Assembly (NCBI GenBank): GCA_001797335.1 | Contig: MGPE01000009.1 | Location: forward strand, 246-64,245 | DNA from: Deltaproteobacteria bacterium GWA2_38_16 | GTDB taxonomy: Bacteria; Bdellovibrionota; JACOXK01; 2-02-FULL-40-11 | Direction: 5' to 3' | DNA: 64,000 bases | In this document: positions 33,176 through 43,276 of the stretch, one piece after another | Layout: each line of letters starts with the position of its first letter | How positions within the stretch are numbered: position 1 is the stretch's first letter | Translations under genes and position numbers: made by a program | Notes under the pieces: model-generated | The model's database searches: none | The model's input: the letters and a program-made list of their open reading frames with translations, nothing else | What the model was told of the DNA's origin: nothing

Positions 33176-34543
33176 CTAAAAGTTGTAAAACACGTTGGTT
33201 GAAACCGTAAATAAATTATAAGAAGTTGTAGCGGGCTCAGCTGTATTTCTAGCCACCGTAGTATTGAAAGATGCTCCCACCAAGTTATCAAATACCCTCA
33301 CCACCGTTAACCCATAATTTTGCCCAAAATCACGTCTGGCATTGGCATGATTAAAGAATTTCTTCAGTGCCAATTGGCTGGTTAAATTGACATTGGTTCT
33401 AAACCAAAAGGGGAAATTAGTATTGAGATGAAAGGCATGGGTATCTGAATCATAGTTTTTTCCTTCTGCACTAAAGTAAGCATAGTGGTATCCCCCATTC
33501 CAGTGCATTCCTAAGGCATGTACCCCTTCACTTAATCCCCCACTGTATTTAAACCCATCTCTGGAATTAGGTCCTCGGCCTTCTTTATAGTCTTCATAAT
33601 CATAAATGGCATCAATCGTTGTATCCCATCTGGAAGAACAGATAAATTGGATAGAAGGACTAAAAGTATATGCATTTGAAATTTGATCAAAAAATCCTTT
33701 ATTTACGGTACCCGTATTATTAGAAACTGTTTCAACCCCAGAAAAAGCAACATCGTACCCCAAAGGCAAAGAAAGATAGAAAGGGGTATTTTTCCAGGTT
33801 CCTGGAATTTTAACCGCGGAAGCTATTTTATATTTATACGTATCATAGGCTCTGTGATCTGACGTTAGGTTAAAGTTACTAAATAAAGTATTGCTAAAAG
33901 TAAAAACCGATCGATTTCCCAAAAAAGTGGCGTAATTAGGTTCTAATAAAATGTTTACAGCATGACCTTGCTGTTCCCTAACATTAGTATCATTCACAGC
34001 ACCACTGAGAGGATGAAGAGGAACGTTGTTACTAAACATATATCCTAAAGAACTAAACATAGAAAATTTCTTTTCTTTTAAATTTTTGGTCCGATTTAAG
34101 AAGAGTTTTGAAAGCTCTGTTATGCCGCTTTGAAATCCGACATCCGTAGCAACAGCTTTTTGAAGATGATCTTGGGCTAAAGCTTTATTCCTTTTGGCAT
34201 AATAACAAAGACCTGTATAATAATGAAGTTCTTGAGAAAGTTTCGTTTGACCATTTAAACTCTTCGATTTTTCAAAAGAGTCTAAGGCACTGTCCCATTG
34301 ACCCATTTGATAAAACCCCAATCCTTTATGAAAATAGGCTTTGGCTTGGGCATCTTTATCTGTAAATTTTTTGGCTGCTTTTCCATAGTAACCAGCAGCA
34401 TCATCAAATTTTCCAGCTTGCCAAGCTTCATCTCCTTTTTTCATGAATTCATCGCCGGTTATTTCCTTTGAGGCCGCTAACGCGGTGGACATTGAAAAAG
34501 CCATTAAAAACAAAATAACAAAATAAGATAAAGTTTTATTCAT
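33176..34543 (-). CDS. TPR plus C-terminal beta-barrel outer-membrane protein
   Basis: Signal peptide, 3 TPR-like repeats (AYFHKGLGFYQMG, YYTGLCYY), beta-strand pattern ending VFYNF. Confidence 0.72.
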   Translation of the reverse strand: MNKTLSYFVILFLMAFSMSTALAASKEITGDEFMKKGDEAWQAGKFDDAAGYYGKAAKKFTDKDAQAKAYFHKGLGFYQMGQWDSALDSFEKSKSLNGQTKLSQELHYYTGLCYYAKRNKALAQDHLQKAVATDVGFQSGITELSKLFLNRTKNLKEKKFSMFSSLGYMFSNNVPLHPLSGAVNDTNVREQQGHAVNILLEPNYATFLGNRSVFTFSNTLFSNFNLTSDHRAYDTYKYKIASAVKIPGTWKNTPFYLSLPLGYDVAFSGVETVSNNTGTVNKGFFDQISNAYTFSPSIQFICSSRWDTTIDAIYDYEDYKEGRGPNSRDGFKYSGGLSEGVHALGMHWNGGYHYAYFSAEGKNYDSDTHAFHLNTNFPFWFRTNVNLTSQLALKKFFNHANARRDFGQNYGLTVVRVFDNLVGASFNTTVARNTAEPATTSYNLFTVSTNVFYNF

Positions 34544-34562
34544 AAGATTAGCCCCCTTATTA

Positions 34563-34588
34563 TGGATTCCCGCCTTCGCGGGAATGAC
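34563..34588 (-). repeat. REP-like hairpin
   Basis: TGGATTCCCGCCTTCGCGGGAATGAC (ATTCCC-N8-GGGAAT core). Confidence 0.8.
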
Positions 34589-34680
34589 CTGTACGAAAGA
34601 GTGTAAAGGATTTTGGAAAACAAAGTCAACAATAATTGAACAATAATTTGCAAAAAACGTAATGATATTATAGTTTTTTC

Positions 34681-34707
34681 TGGATCCCCGCTCTTGGCGG
34701 GGATGAC
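34681..34707 (-). repeat. REP-like hairpin abutting a start codon
   Basis: TGGATCCCCGCTCTTGGCGGGGATGAC immediately before ATG 34708. Confidence 0.8.
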
Positions 34708-35520
34708 ATGAAAAAATATTCTCTATTTCTGATCTACTTCATCCTTTTTAATACCGCCCTGGCCGAAGATCGCTGGTCGTATACTTTTTTACCCAATAAA
34801 GGGCGGCTTTTCCCAGGGCTTGTCTCAGACCCCTGGGAAACACAGTGGGCTCTTATTGCATTGAATCGCTACCGACAACATGGAAAGATTGGAGTGGTTG
34901 TTCCCCTCTATAGGGCCCGGAGTGACAAGAAAATAGTACAAATAGGAGTGGATCTTTTAAGTTTTAACCAAACCCGCTATAGAATCCAAGAAGGAGGTGG
35001 ATTTTCTTTAGAAACAACCGATACTAAATTTGGAATCCACACAGAGTATCAAAAAACCCCATGGAATGGGAGAATTGGTCTAGAACATATCAGTGCACAT
35101 CTGGCTGATGGGCTTTTGTGGCCAACCGTTAAAAAAACCAAACAATATTATAGTAGAGAATTTATACAGCTAAATATTTCTTATGATTTTTTGTGGATAC
35201 GTCCCTATTTTGGATTCTTTCAAGCCTTTCACCAAAACTATCCCCCCGATGAAAAACTCTCTACCACCTTTCAGGTGGGGGGAGAACTTTTTTGGCCCTT
35301 ATCCAAAAAAATTTCTTACTTTATTGCACCTGATTGGAAAGCTGGCACAGAATATGATTTTTTTATAAATCAAAGTTACTCTACCGGTTTTCGAATTCAG
35401 GGAGAATATCCCCAGCCTTTCCGGATTTTATTTAACTTTTATGACGGCTATGACCCTAGAGGTGAATTTGCCAATTCACGAACGCGTTTTTGGGGATTTG
35501 GGTTTCAATACTTTATTTAA
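34708..35520 (+). CDS. outer-membrane beta-barrel protein, DUF1207-like
   Basis: Signal peptide, LFPGLVSDPWE, HISAHLADG, YSRE, C-terminal GFGFQYFI. Confidence 0.65.
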   Translation: MKKYSLFLIYFILFNTALAEDRWSYTFLPNKGRLFPGLVSDPWETQWALIALNRYRQHGKIGVVVPLYRARSDKKIVQIGVDLLSFNQTRYRIQEGGGFSLETTDTKFGIHTEYQKTPWNGRIGLEHISAHLADGLLWPTVKKTKQYYSREFIQLNISYDFLWIRPYFGFFQAFHQNYPPDEKLSTTFQVGGELFWPLSKKISYFIAPDWKAGTEYDFFINQSYSTGFRIQGEYPQPFRILFNFYDGYDPRGEFANSRTRFWGFGFQYFI

Positions 35521-36519
35521 CTGAGTTTGAATATCATCTGTATATAAAACCAAAGGATCAATTTCTAGCGCCTTCTTAAAAAATTCTTGCGCCTTTGCAT
35601 CATTTTTTAAAGCCTTATAATTTTTGCCTAAATAATAATACACTTCTGCTAAATCCACATGAATTCCAGAAGGAGATTTCTCTAAAGCAGAAGTTAAAGT
35701 TAAAATAGAATCTTCAAATTTTTCTTCTTTATATAAAAACATCCCTTTTAAATGAGGCAAATAAAAATCTAACCAAATTTGTTTTTCTTCAGGTTTATCA
35801 GAATCTTCAACAATACGTTTAGCTTTATCCAAAAGTCTTAAGACTTCTCCATTATTTTTGTCACTATATAAATATAAATAAGCCAATTCTATAAAGGCTT
35901 GTTCATCATCTGGATTATTCTTCATAATTTCTCGGTAACTCTCTTCGGCTTTTACAAATTGTTTTTGAGCCAGATCTTCTTTTTTTAATAGTTTATAGGC
36001 AATCCCAAGATAAAGCTCTACCGAAGGCTCAGCATCTTGAAATTCATCTGCTTTTTGAAAATGTTCTATGGCGTTTTGAAATTTCCCCTGCCAGAGATAT
36101 GCCAATGCTGCATTCATATAGGACTTCCAGTAGTCAGGTTTTTCATTGATCAAAAGAAGCGCCAAATTTTGGGCATCTTTGTACCGTCCGGTAGCCAAAT
36201 AGCAATAATTTAAAGAAAGCTTTCTCCAAAACTGCATTTTTTGGGAATTTAAAAGTTCTCCCGTTTCAAATCCAATAATGGCATCTTCATATTTTCCATT
36301 TAAGTAGGATTGATAGGCATTATCATAGAGATTATCCACTGTTTTTTCTAAAGTAAGTGTTTGAGAAATTTCTTTCACCACCACATCTTCTTCCTCTAAC
36401 CCTTTTTGGCCATTTTCACCATTTTCAGAAGAAGGAAGAGCTTCTGGTTCAGGTTTAGAAACGGTGGCGCAACTAACTGCGAGGAAACACACAAAAAAAA
36501 CTTGTAAAATCAACGACAT
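35476..36519 (-). CDS. TPR-repeat lipoprotein
   Basis: Start at MSLILQ (36519), lipobox LAVSC, multiple TPRs (VYYYLGKNYKAL...FKKALEIDP). Confidence 0.8.
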   Translation of the reverse strand: MSLILQVFFVCFLAVSCATVSKPEPEALPSSENGENGQKGLEEEDVVVKEISQTLTLEKTVDNLYDNAYQSYLNGKYEDAIIGFETGELLNSQKMQFWRKLSLNYCYLATGRYKDAQNLALLLINEKPDYWKSYMNAALAYLWQGKFQNAIEHFQKADEFQDAEPSVELYLGIAYKLLKKEDLAQKQFVKAEESYREIMKNNPDDEQAFIELAYLYLYSDKNNGEVLRLLDKAKRIVEDSDKPEEKQIWLDFYLPHLKGMFLYKEEKFEDSILTLTSALEKSPSGIHVDLAEVYYYLGKNYKALKNDAKAQEFFKKALEIDPLVLYTDDIQTQLNKVLKPKSPKTRS

Positions 36520-36545
36520 TGATAAAGACTGTAGCAAATAAAAAC

Positions 36546-37478
36546 ATGATTGTCTACCGGACATCAAAAGATTTTCCAAAAACATTACCAAAACCCATTG
36601 TGGCTATTGGAAATTTTGATGGCGTGCACCTAGGACATAAAGAAATTTTTAGTGACGTTGTTAAAAAAGCATCGATGATTCAAGGCACTTCTGTTGTTTA
36701 TACTCTTTACCCCCATCCCTCTTGTATTATTCATCCAGAAACCTGCGAACCACAAATTAATTCTATCGAAGAACGCCTGACCCTTATTGAAAATCAAGGG
36801 ATTGATATAACGGTAGTTGAAAATTTTAATCGGGAATTTTCAGAAAAAACAGCCCAAGATTTTTTTAAAGAAATTATTTTAACTCACTTAAAAACAAAAA
36901 TTCTCTATGTAGGATATAATTTTTTCTTTGGGAAAGGAAGAAGCGGCAATACAGAGCTTTTAAAAAAATGGTGTGATAAAGAAAATATTGAACTCCATAT
37001 TACCTCCCCTTTTAAAATCGAAGAAGAAGTGGTGAGTTCTTCCAAAATTAGAATGTTCATTAAAGAAGGTGAAGTCAAAAAAGCCCAAGAGTTTTTAGGC
37101 CGCCATTATTTTATTCAAGGAGTTACTGTAAAAGGAGAAGGGCGGGGGAAAAAATTAGGAATTCCCACCGCTAACATTGAAACTCATGCAGAGCTCATTC
37201 CTAAAATTGGGGTTTATATAACGCTTACAGAATATAAAAATATTCTTTACCCCAGTGTGACAAACGTCGGCCATGCACCGACCTTTTTGGAAAAAAGTCC
37301 CTTTTCCATTGAAACCCACATGATGGATTTTCATCACACACTTTATGGAGAATCCTTGATTATTCATTTTGTCGATTGGATCCGTCCGATTAAAAAATTT
37401 GATTCTCCCAAGCATTTAGTAGCGCAAATAAAATGTGATATTGAAACCGCTCAAAAACATTTTAAAAAAATTTCATGA
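36546..37478 (+). CDS. ribF: bifunctional riboflavin kinase / FAD synthetase
   Basis: IGNFDGVHLGH, VSSSKIR, GKKLGIPTAN, GVY, NVGHAPT, IETH. Confidence 0.97.
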   Translation: MIVYRTSKDFPKTLPKPIVAIGNFDGVHLGHKEIFSDVVKKASMIQGTSVVYTLYPHPSCIIHPETCEPQINSIEERLTLIENQGIDITVVENFNREFSEKTAQDFFKEIILTHLKTKILYVGYNFFFGKGRSGNTELLKKWCDKENIELHITSPFKIEEEVVSSSKIRMFIKEGEVKKAQEFLGRHYFIQGVTVKGEGRGKKLGIPTANIETHAELIPKIGVYITLTEYKNILYPSVTNVGHAPTFLEKSPFSIETHMMDFHHTLYGESLIIHFVDWIRPIKKFDSPKHLVAQIKCDIETAQKHFKKIS

Positions 37479-38605
37479 ATAAAACTGTTTCCGTTGTCAT
37501 GCCTTGCCTAAACGAAGCCTCTACCGTTGGCCCGTGCGTTTCAAGTACTCGCGAGATTTTAAATAAACACCAACTCCAAGGAGAAATTATTGTCGTGGAT
37601 AATGGTTCCACGGATGACTCTGCTGTTATTGCACAAAAATGTGGAGCTTCTGTTATTTTTGAACCTATTCAAGGGTATGGCTCTGCCTATTTGAAAGGCT
37701 TACAGGCTATAAAAGGTGATTTTATTGTCATGGGAGATAGCGATGGCACCTATGATTTTCGTGAAATTCCAAAACTCATTGAACCTCTTTATAAAGGATA
37801 CGATATGGTCATTGGTTCTAGAACGAAGGGGAATATCCAACCCGGGGCCATGCCCTGGCTCCACAGATATTTGGGCACCCCTCTTCTTTCAAGGTTACTT
37901 AACTTTTTTTATAAATTGAACCTGTCCGATATTAATTCTGGAATGCGGGCCTTTACAAAATCTGCCTACCAAAAAATGTCTCTAACGTCATCTGGGATGG
38001 AATTTGCTTCAGAAATGCTCATTAAAGCAAGACACGTTCATTTAAAAATTGCAGAGGTTCCCATTGCTTATTCTGTTAGAAAAGGGAAATCAAAACTAAA
38101 TTCTTTTAGTGATGGATGGCGTCATTTAAGTCTCATCTTGGCCTATAGTTCCACCCGACGATTTATGCTTCCGGGATTTTTATGTTTAATGGGAGGAACC
38201 GCTATCTCTGGCCTATTGGCACTGGGGCCTCTTAAAATCGGCACTTTTAAATTTGACTACCATTATATGATGGCAGCAACACTCACTACTATTTTAAGTT
38301 TTCAAATATTGAGTTTTTTATTCCTAGCTAAAACTTTTTTGGCCAAGAAACATCAATCTTCCCAAGATGTTCTTTTTCATGTTATCCACCGCTTTATTTC
38401 TCTTCACGGAATAAAAAGCAGTATGATCAGTATAAGCGTAGGTTTTTTGCTGGGACTATCTATTATATATAGCTGGGTTCACACCCATTTTGGAGAACTC
38501 AATAAGGTACGAACAGGGTTACTCTGCTTTACTTTTTTAATTATGGGACTTCAGCTTTTATTTGCTACGCTCTTTCTAAAAATAATAGATTCTAGAGATA
38601 GTTGA
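37475..38605 (+). CDS. glycosyltransferase family 2 (polyprenol-phosphate mannose synthase-like) with C-terminal TMs
   Basis: VVMPCLNE, VDNGSTD, GYGSA, DSDGTYD, SGMRAF, GMEFASEM, DGWRHL. Confidence 0.9.
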   Translation: MNKTVSVVMPCLNEASTVGPCVSSTREILNKHQLQGEIIVVDNGSTDDSAVIAQKCGASVIFEPIQGYGSAYLKGLQAIKGDFIVMGDSDGTYDFREIPKLIEPLYKGYDMVIGSRTKGNIQPGAMPWLHRYLGTPLLSRLLNFFYKLNLSDINSGMRAFTKSAYQKMSLTSSGMEFASEMLIKARHVHLKIAEVPIAYSVRKGKSKLNSFSDGWRHLSLILAYSSTRRFMLPGFLCLMGGTAISGLLALGPLKIGTFKFDYHYMMAATLTTILSFQILSFLFLAKTFLAKKHQSSQDVLFHVIHRFISLHGIKSSMISISVGFLLGLSIIYSWVHTHFGELNKVRTGLLCFTFLIMGLQLLFATLFLKIIDSRDS

Positions 38606-38630
38606 CAAAAAGTGTCACCGCAGTTACCAT
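38602..38630 (+). promoter_or_regulatory. sigma70-type promoter of pilSR with an overlapping TGACA-N5-TGTCA palindrome
   Basis: TTGACA 38602-07, 17-bp spacer, TACCAT 38625-30; inverted repeat at 38603-38617. Confidence 0.5.
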
Positions 38631-38712
38631 TATAGATAAGTGATATCAGTACGTAAGTGGAAAATGTTAATGACAGAATAAAAAATATAGTAATTACAAG
38701 AAGTTAGAACAT

Positions 38713-40365
38713 ATGGGAATGCCGGAAAAGCGGGGGGAACTTCTCGCTAAAAACATTCAGTTAAAAAGTGTCTTACCTCAGCTCAAAGCTAAGGAAAATA
38801 CGCTATGGTTTATGTTTTTAAGGGCTGTGGTTAATACCCTTTTACTCACCATCACCCTTATCTACCAAATTAAAGATAGCTCCGTCATTCGCCCTCAGGA
38901 TCTTTTACCCATCTATTCCCTCATTGGTTTTACCTATTTCATTACCATCGCAGGCACTCTTCTTATGCCTAAAATAAAAGATCTCACTTACTTTATTTCG
39001 AGCCAAATTGCCTATGACGTTTTATTTATTACGGCCCTTATTTATATTACCGGCACCCAAGAAGCCGTCTTTACCTTTCTTTATCTTTTTACCATTGCCT
39101 TTTCTTCTATCTTGTATCTTAAAACTGGCTCTCTTTACACCGCCGCTTTTAGCAGCATTTGTTTTAGTACGCTTCTTATTTTAGATCCCATTGAAAATAG
39201 AGAAAAGCATTTGATGACCTTATTTTTTAATAATGTTGCTTTCTTTTTAGTGGCTCTGTTAAGCGGCTATCTTTCAGACCAATTTAAAACCTTTCGCATG
39301 AGACTTAAAGAAGAAGAAGAAAGTGTAAAAGAATTAGAAGATCTCAATAAAATCATTATTGACAATATGACCAGTGGCCTTTTAACCACGGACCTTCAAA
39401 ATAATATTATTTATTTTAATCAGGCAGCTGAAAAAATAACAGGCCTTCATTTTTCTACGATTTATAAAAAGAATATTTTTGATATTTTCCCTGATCTTAA
39501 AAAACACTGGATTAAAAAAGCCCCCTCTAAAAAAGAAGTTCCTGTGCGAAAAATTTTTCATTTCAAAAATGCTTCTACGATAGAACTGACGTTGGGCTTT
39601 GCACTTTCCGATTTAAAAGATGCTTATAATCAAAAGTGCGGGAATATCCTTATATTTGAAGATCTCACCAAAACCATTGAAATGGAACAACACGTACAAC
39701 GCACCGATAAATTAGCAGCTATTGGAAAATTAGCGGCTGGCATTGCCCACGAAATTAGAAACCCCCTGGCTTCGGTCAGTGGATCTATTGAAATGTTGAG
39801 CCGTGAAATTGAGGTAAAAGACGAAAATAAAAAACTCATGAATATTATTTTAAAAGAAACAGACCGGCTTAATTCTTTGGTTAACGAATTTTTAGACTAT
39901 GTGAGACCTTCTGAAAAAAAACAAACCCTCTTTAAAATTAATCACATTATTGAAGACACCCTGATGGCTTTTTCCATGGATAAGCAAGCTTCAAAACACA
40001 TTGAGATGAAATTTACTCCTGAAAATAAAAATCTAGAAATTAAAGGCGATAAAGAAAAAATAAAACAAATTTTTTGGAATTTATTCTTAAATGCAGCGCA
40101 AGCCATGCCAGAAGGTGGGAAAATCAATATTCGAAGTTATGCACAGGATGAACAGCTCTATATTGATATTGAAGACACCGGAGAAGGCATTGATGAAGAA
40201 AATATTAAAAAAATTTTTGATCCCTTTTTTACAACAAAGCCCAAAGGAACGGGGCTTGGACTTTCGATGGTTCATAAAATCATCGAAGCCCATCAAGGAA
40301 GAATCAGCGTTAATTCAAAAGTGGGCAAAGGAACCACGTTTACGTTGATTTTTCCATTAACTTAA
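38713..40365 (+). CDS. pilS: PilS-type sensor histidine kinase
   Basis: About 6 N-terminal TMs, PAS domain, AHEIRNPL H-box, N/G/F boxes (NLFLNA, DTGEG, FFTTK, GTGLGL); upstream of pilR and pilD. Confidence 0.85.
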   Translation: MGMPEKRGELLAKNIQLKSVLPQLKAKENTLWFMFLRAVVNTLLLTITLIYQIKDSSVIRPQDLLPIYSLIGFTYFITIAGTLLMPKIKDLTYFISSQIAYDVLFITALIYITGTQEAVFTFLYLFTIAFSSILYLKTGSLYTAAFSSICFSTLLILDPIENREKHLMTLFFNNVAFFLVALLSGYLSDQFKTFRMRLKEEEESVKELEDLNKIIIDNMTSGLLTTDLQNNIIYFNQAAEKITGLHFSTIYKKNIFDIFPDLKKHWIKKAPSKKEVPVRKIFHFKNASTIELTLGFALSDLKDAYNQKCGNILIFEDLTKTIEMEQHVQRTDKLAAIGKLAAGIAHEIRNPLASVSGSIEMLSREIEVKDENKKLMNIILKETDRLNSLVNEFLDYVRPSEKKQTLFKINHIIEDTLMAFSMDKQASKHIEMKFTPENKNLEIKGDKEKIKQIFWNLFLNAAQAMPEGGKINIRSYAQDEQLYIDIEDTGEGIDEENIKKIFDPFFTTKPKGTGLGLSMVHKIIEAHQGRISVNSKVGKGTTFTLIFPLT

Positions 40366-40381
40366 GAAGGAGGAACGTACC

Positions 40382-41773
40382 ATGGACGATCACAAACCTA
40401 AAATTCTCGTCGTAGATGATGAGGAAAGCTTAAGGGAATTTTTGGAAATTATGCTAAAACGAGAGGGCTATGACATTGCTACCGCCCCCGATGGAGATCA
40501 GGCCATTAAGCTTTTAACGAAAAAAAGCTTTGATATGGTCATTACTGATCTTCAAATGCCTAAAATTCACGGCATGCAGGTTTTAGCCAAAGCCAAAGAA
40601 ATTGACCCAGAACTCGTGGTTTTGGTTATTACGGCTTTTGGCTCCACAGAATCGGCTGTTGAAGCCATGAAACTAGGTGCTTATGACTACATCACCAAAC
40701 CTTTTAAAATAGATGAAATTAAACTCATCATTAAAAAGGCATTGGAAAAAAGGATCTTAGCCAGAGAAAATATTTTCTTAAAGAAAGAATTGGGTGCAAA
40801 GTTTAACTTTGGAAATTTGGTAGGAAGTGCCCAATCCATGCTTAAGATCTATGATTTAATCCAGCGGGTGTGTGAAACCAAAACCAATGTGCTCATTACC
40901 GGCGAAAGCGGAACCGGAAAAGAGCTCGTGGCTAAAGCCATTCATTATAATGGCCCTTTAAAAGATAAGCCCTTTGTAACGGTAAACTGTGGAGCCATTC
41001 CAGAAAACCTCATGGAAAGTGAAATGTTTGGGCATAAAAAAGGCTCCTTTACTGGCGCTATTTCCGATAAACTCGGCCTTTTTGAAGTAGCCAACAATGG
41101 AACTATTTTCTTAGATGAGATTGGAGAATTACCGCTTCATATTCAAGTAAAACTGCTTCGAGTTTTGCAAGATAAAACCTTTCGAAAAGTCGGAGGCACA
41201 GAAGACATTACGGTGAATGTCCGCATTATGGCAGCTACGAATAAAGAACTTGGACAGGAAGTATCTAAAGGCAATTTTAGAGAAGATCTCTACTATAGGC
41301 TCAATGTCATTCACATCCAACTTCCCCCGCTTCGCGAGAGGAAAGAAGATGTCTCTATTTTAGCTCAACACTTTTTAGAAAAGTTCAATAAGCAGCTTGG
41401 GAAAGACATTAAGAAAATTTCTAAAGAAGCCATGGATGCTCTGAGCCAGTACGATTATCCTGGAAATGTGAGAGAACTTGAGAATATTATTGAGCGAACG
41501 GTATCTTTGGAAAGAGGAGCGGCTATTTTGCCAGAAAGTTTGCCACCGGTTATTTTTCATCCGGGTGCATTGTTAAGCAGGCGAGCTTCTCATTCAGACT
41601 TATCGGTGACAACCGATGGAGTTAATCTAGAAGAAATTGTGGGAAATCTGGAGAAAGATCTTATTGAAAAAGCATTGAAAAAAGCCGGAGGGGTAAAGAA
41701 AAAAGCAGCTAAGCTTTTAGGCATTAGCTTTAGATCGATGCGATACCGACTTGAAAAATATGGAATGGAGTAA
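40382..41773 (+). CDS. pilR: sigma54-dependent response regulator PilR (NtrC family)
   Basis: REC domain, GESGTGKE, GSFTGA (GAFTGA loop), FREDLYYRL, C-terminal ISFRSMRYRL typical of PilR. Confidence 0.87.
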   Translation: MDDHKPKILVVDDEESLREFLEIMLKREGYDIATAPDGDQAIKLLTKKSFDMVITDLQMPKIHGMQVLAKAKEIDPELVVLVITAFGSTESAVEAMKLGAYDYITKPFKIDEIKLIIKKALEKRILARENIFLKKELGAKFNFGNLVGSAQSMLKIYDLIQRVCETKTNVLITGESGTGKELVAKAIHYNGPLKDKPFVTVNCGAIPENLMESEMFGHKKGSFTGAISDKLGLFEVANNGTIFLDEIGELPLHIQVKLLRVLQDKTFRKVGGTEDITVNVRIMAATNKELGQEVSKGNFREDLYYRLNVIHIQLPPLRERKEDVSILAQHFLEKFNKQLGKDIKKISKEAMDALSQYDYPGNVRELENIIERTVSLERGAAILPESLPPVIFHPGALLSRRASHSDLSVTTDGVNLEEIVGNLEKDLIEKALKKAGGVKKKAAKLLGISFRSMRYRLEKYGME

Positions 41774-42521
41774 TTTCTTCTATTTGATGTTTGGGGCACT
41801 CCTTGGAAGTTTTTTAAATGTTTGTATCGTTCGTCTTCCAAAAGAAGAATCCATTATTTGGCCTTCTTCTCATTGTAGACACTGTAACAAAACACTTCCG
41901 TGGTATGATCTCATCCCTATTTTAAGTTATCTCTATCTTTTGGGACGGTGCCAATTTTGTAAGGAAAAAATTTCTGTTGAATACCCCCTCATAGAACTCA
42001 TCACAGCTTTTCTTGCGCTTTGGGTATTTCATGAATTTGGATTTAGGACGCAGGGATTTGCATACCTTATTTTTGTCTCAGCACTTCTGGTTACAACTGT
42101 CATTGATATTCACTATCGTATTATTCCAGATTCTATCAGTATCGGAGGAACGATTTTAGGATTTCTCCTCTCCTTTCATTTTTTACAAATTTCTTATATA
42201 GACTCCAGTCTGGGTATTTTACTGGGAGGAGGCGTTTTATTTATTATTGCGTATCTATATCTCAAATTTACTGGACGAGAAGGTATGGGAGGAGGAGATA
42301 TTAAATTAGCCGCCATGATAGGTGCTTTTTTAGGATATAAATTTGTCTTTTTAGTGCTCTTTATTAGCTCAATTGCAGGATCTTTGGTGGGGATTGGCCT
42401 TATCCTTATACAAAGACAAGATTTAAAATCGGCGTTACCTTTTGGTCCTTTTTTAGCCGTAGGAGCTCTTTCTTCTCTTTTTTACGGAGAGCCACTCCTC
42501 TATTGGTTAGGATATTTTTAG
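41760..42521 (+). CDS. pilD: prepilin peptidase / N-methyltransferase
   Basis: GSFLNVCIVRLP, two CxxC motifs, GMGGGDIKL, PFGPFL. Confidence 0.96.
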   Translation: MEWSNFFYLMFGALLGSFLNVCIVRLPKEESIIWPSSHCRHCNKTLPWYDLIPILSYLYLLGRCQFCKEKISVEYPLIELITAFLALWVFHEFGFRTQGFAYLIFVSALLVTTVIDIHYRIIPDSISIGGTILGFLLSFHFLQISYIDSSLGILLGGGVLFIIAYLYLKFTGREGMGGGDIKLAAMIGAFLGYKFVFLVLFISSIAGSLVGIGLILIQRQDLKSALPFGPFLAVGALSSLFYGEPLLYWLGYF

Positions 42522-42529
42522 TCTCTCAT

Positions 42530-43267
42530 ATGAAACACGCTCCTGCTTCCCAATACCATCTTAAAGACCGCCAAGAGTTTTATGATAAAACATTTAAAAC
42601 CAAAGACATTCAAGATCACCCTTCTAATTACCGCTCCATTTTAAAAATACTAGAGATCCTTCGCTATGCTCAGGATGACCATTTTAAGTTTTTAGATATT
42701 TCCTGTGGCAGCGGAAGACTACTTCAAGAAATAAAAGATCTCACGCTTAAAACCTTTGGAGGAGATTTTTCAAAAACTGCCTTGGATCTTGCTAAAGCAC
42801 GCTGCCCAAAAACAAATTTTATCCTTTTTAATGGTGAAAAACTCCCTTTCAAAAATGATACCTTCTATATGGCTACAAACTGTGGTTCCCTTGAACATTA
42901 TGAACATCCCCAGATGGGAATAAGTGAAATGTCTCGTGTTCTTAAAAAGGGGGGAAAAGCGTTGATTATTGTTCCCAATAGTTTTCAATGGAGACATATT
43001 GTAGAAGTATTTTGGCGAGGCGGGCTAAAAGATTCTTGGCAAACGTATGATTTACATCTTACGAAAAGCGATTGGATAAAACTTATTCAAGAAAATGGTC
43101 TAAAAGTTTTAAAAACGTATAAATTTGAAGATGTCCCAGAGCTCATTCAATGGAACAAGGGACAGATTAAACTAAAATCTTTTAAAAAATTCCTGCGAGA
43201 TCTTTTGGCAAAATACCTATTTCCACTTAATTTTACGAAACAATTCATGTTTTTGTGTGCTAAATAG
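42530..43267 (+). CDS. class I SAM-dependent methyltransferase
   Basis: LDISCGSG, LPFKNDTF, SLEH, RVLKKGG. Confidence 0.88.
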   Translation: MKHAPASQYHLKDRQEFYDKTFKTKDIQDHPSNYRSILKILEILRYAQDDHFKFLDISCGSGRLLQEIKDLTLKTFGGDFSKTALDLAKARCPKTNFILFNGEKLPFKNDTFYMATNCGSLEHYEHPQMGISEMSRVLKKGGKALIIVPNSFQWRHIVEVFWRGGLKDSWQTYDLHLTKSDWIKLIQENGLKVLKTYKFEDVPELIQWNKGQIKLKSFKKFLRDLLAKYLFPLNFTKQFMFLCAK

Positions 43268-43276
43268 GACTTCTTA

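Noticed and set aside
35476..35520. Convergent 3' overlaps or abutting stops (also 2580/2581 and 50835-50838)
   Set aside because: Consistent with general genome compaction; no specific antisense mechanism is evident.
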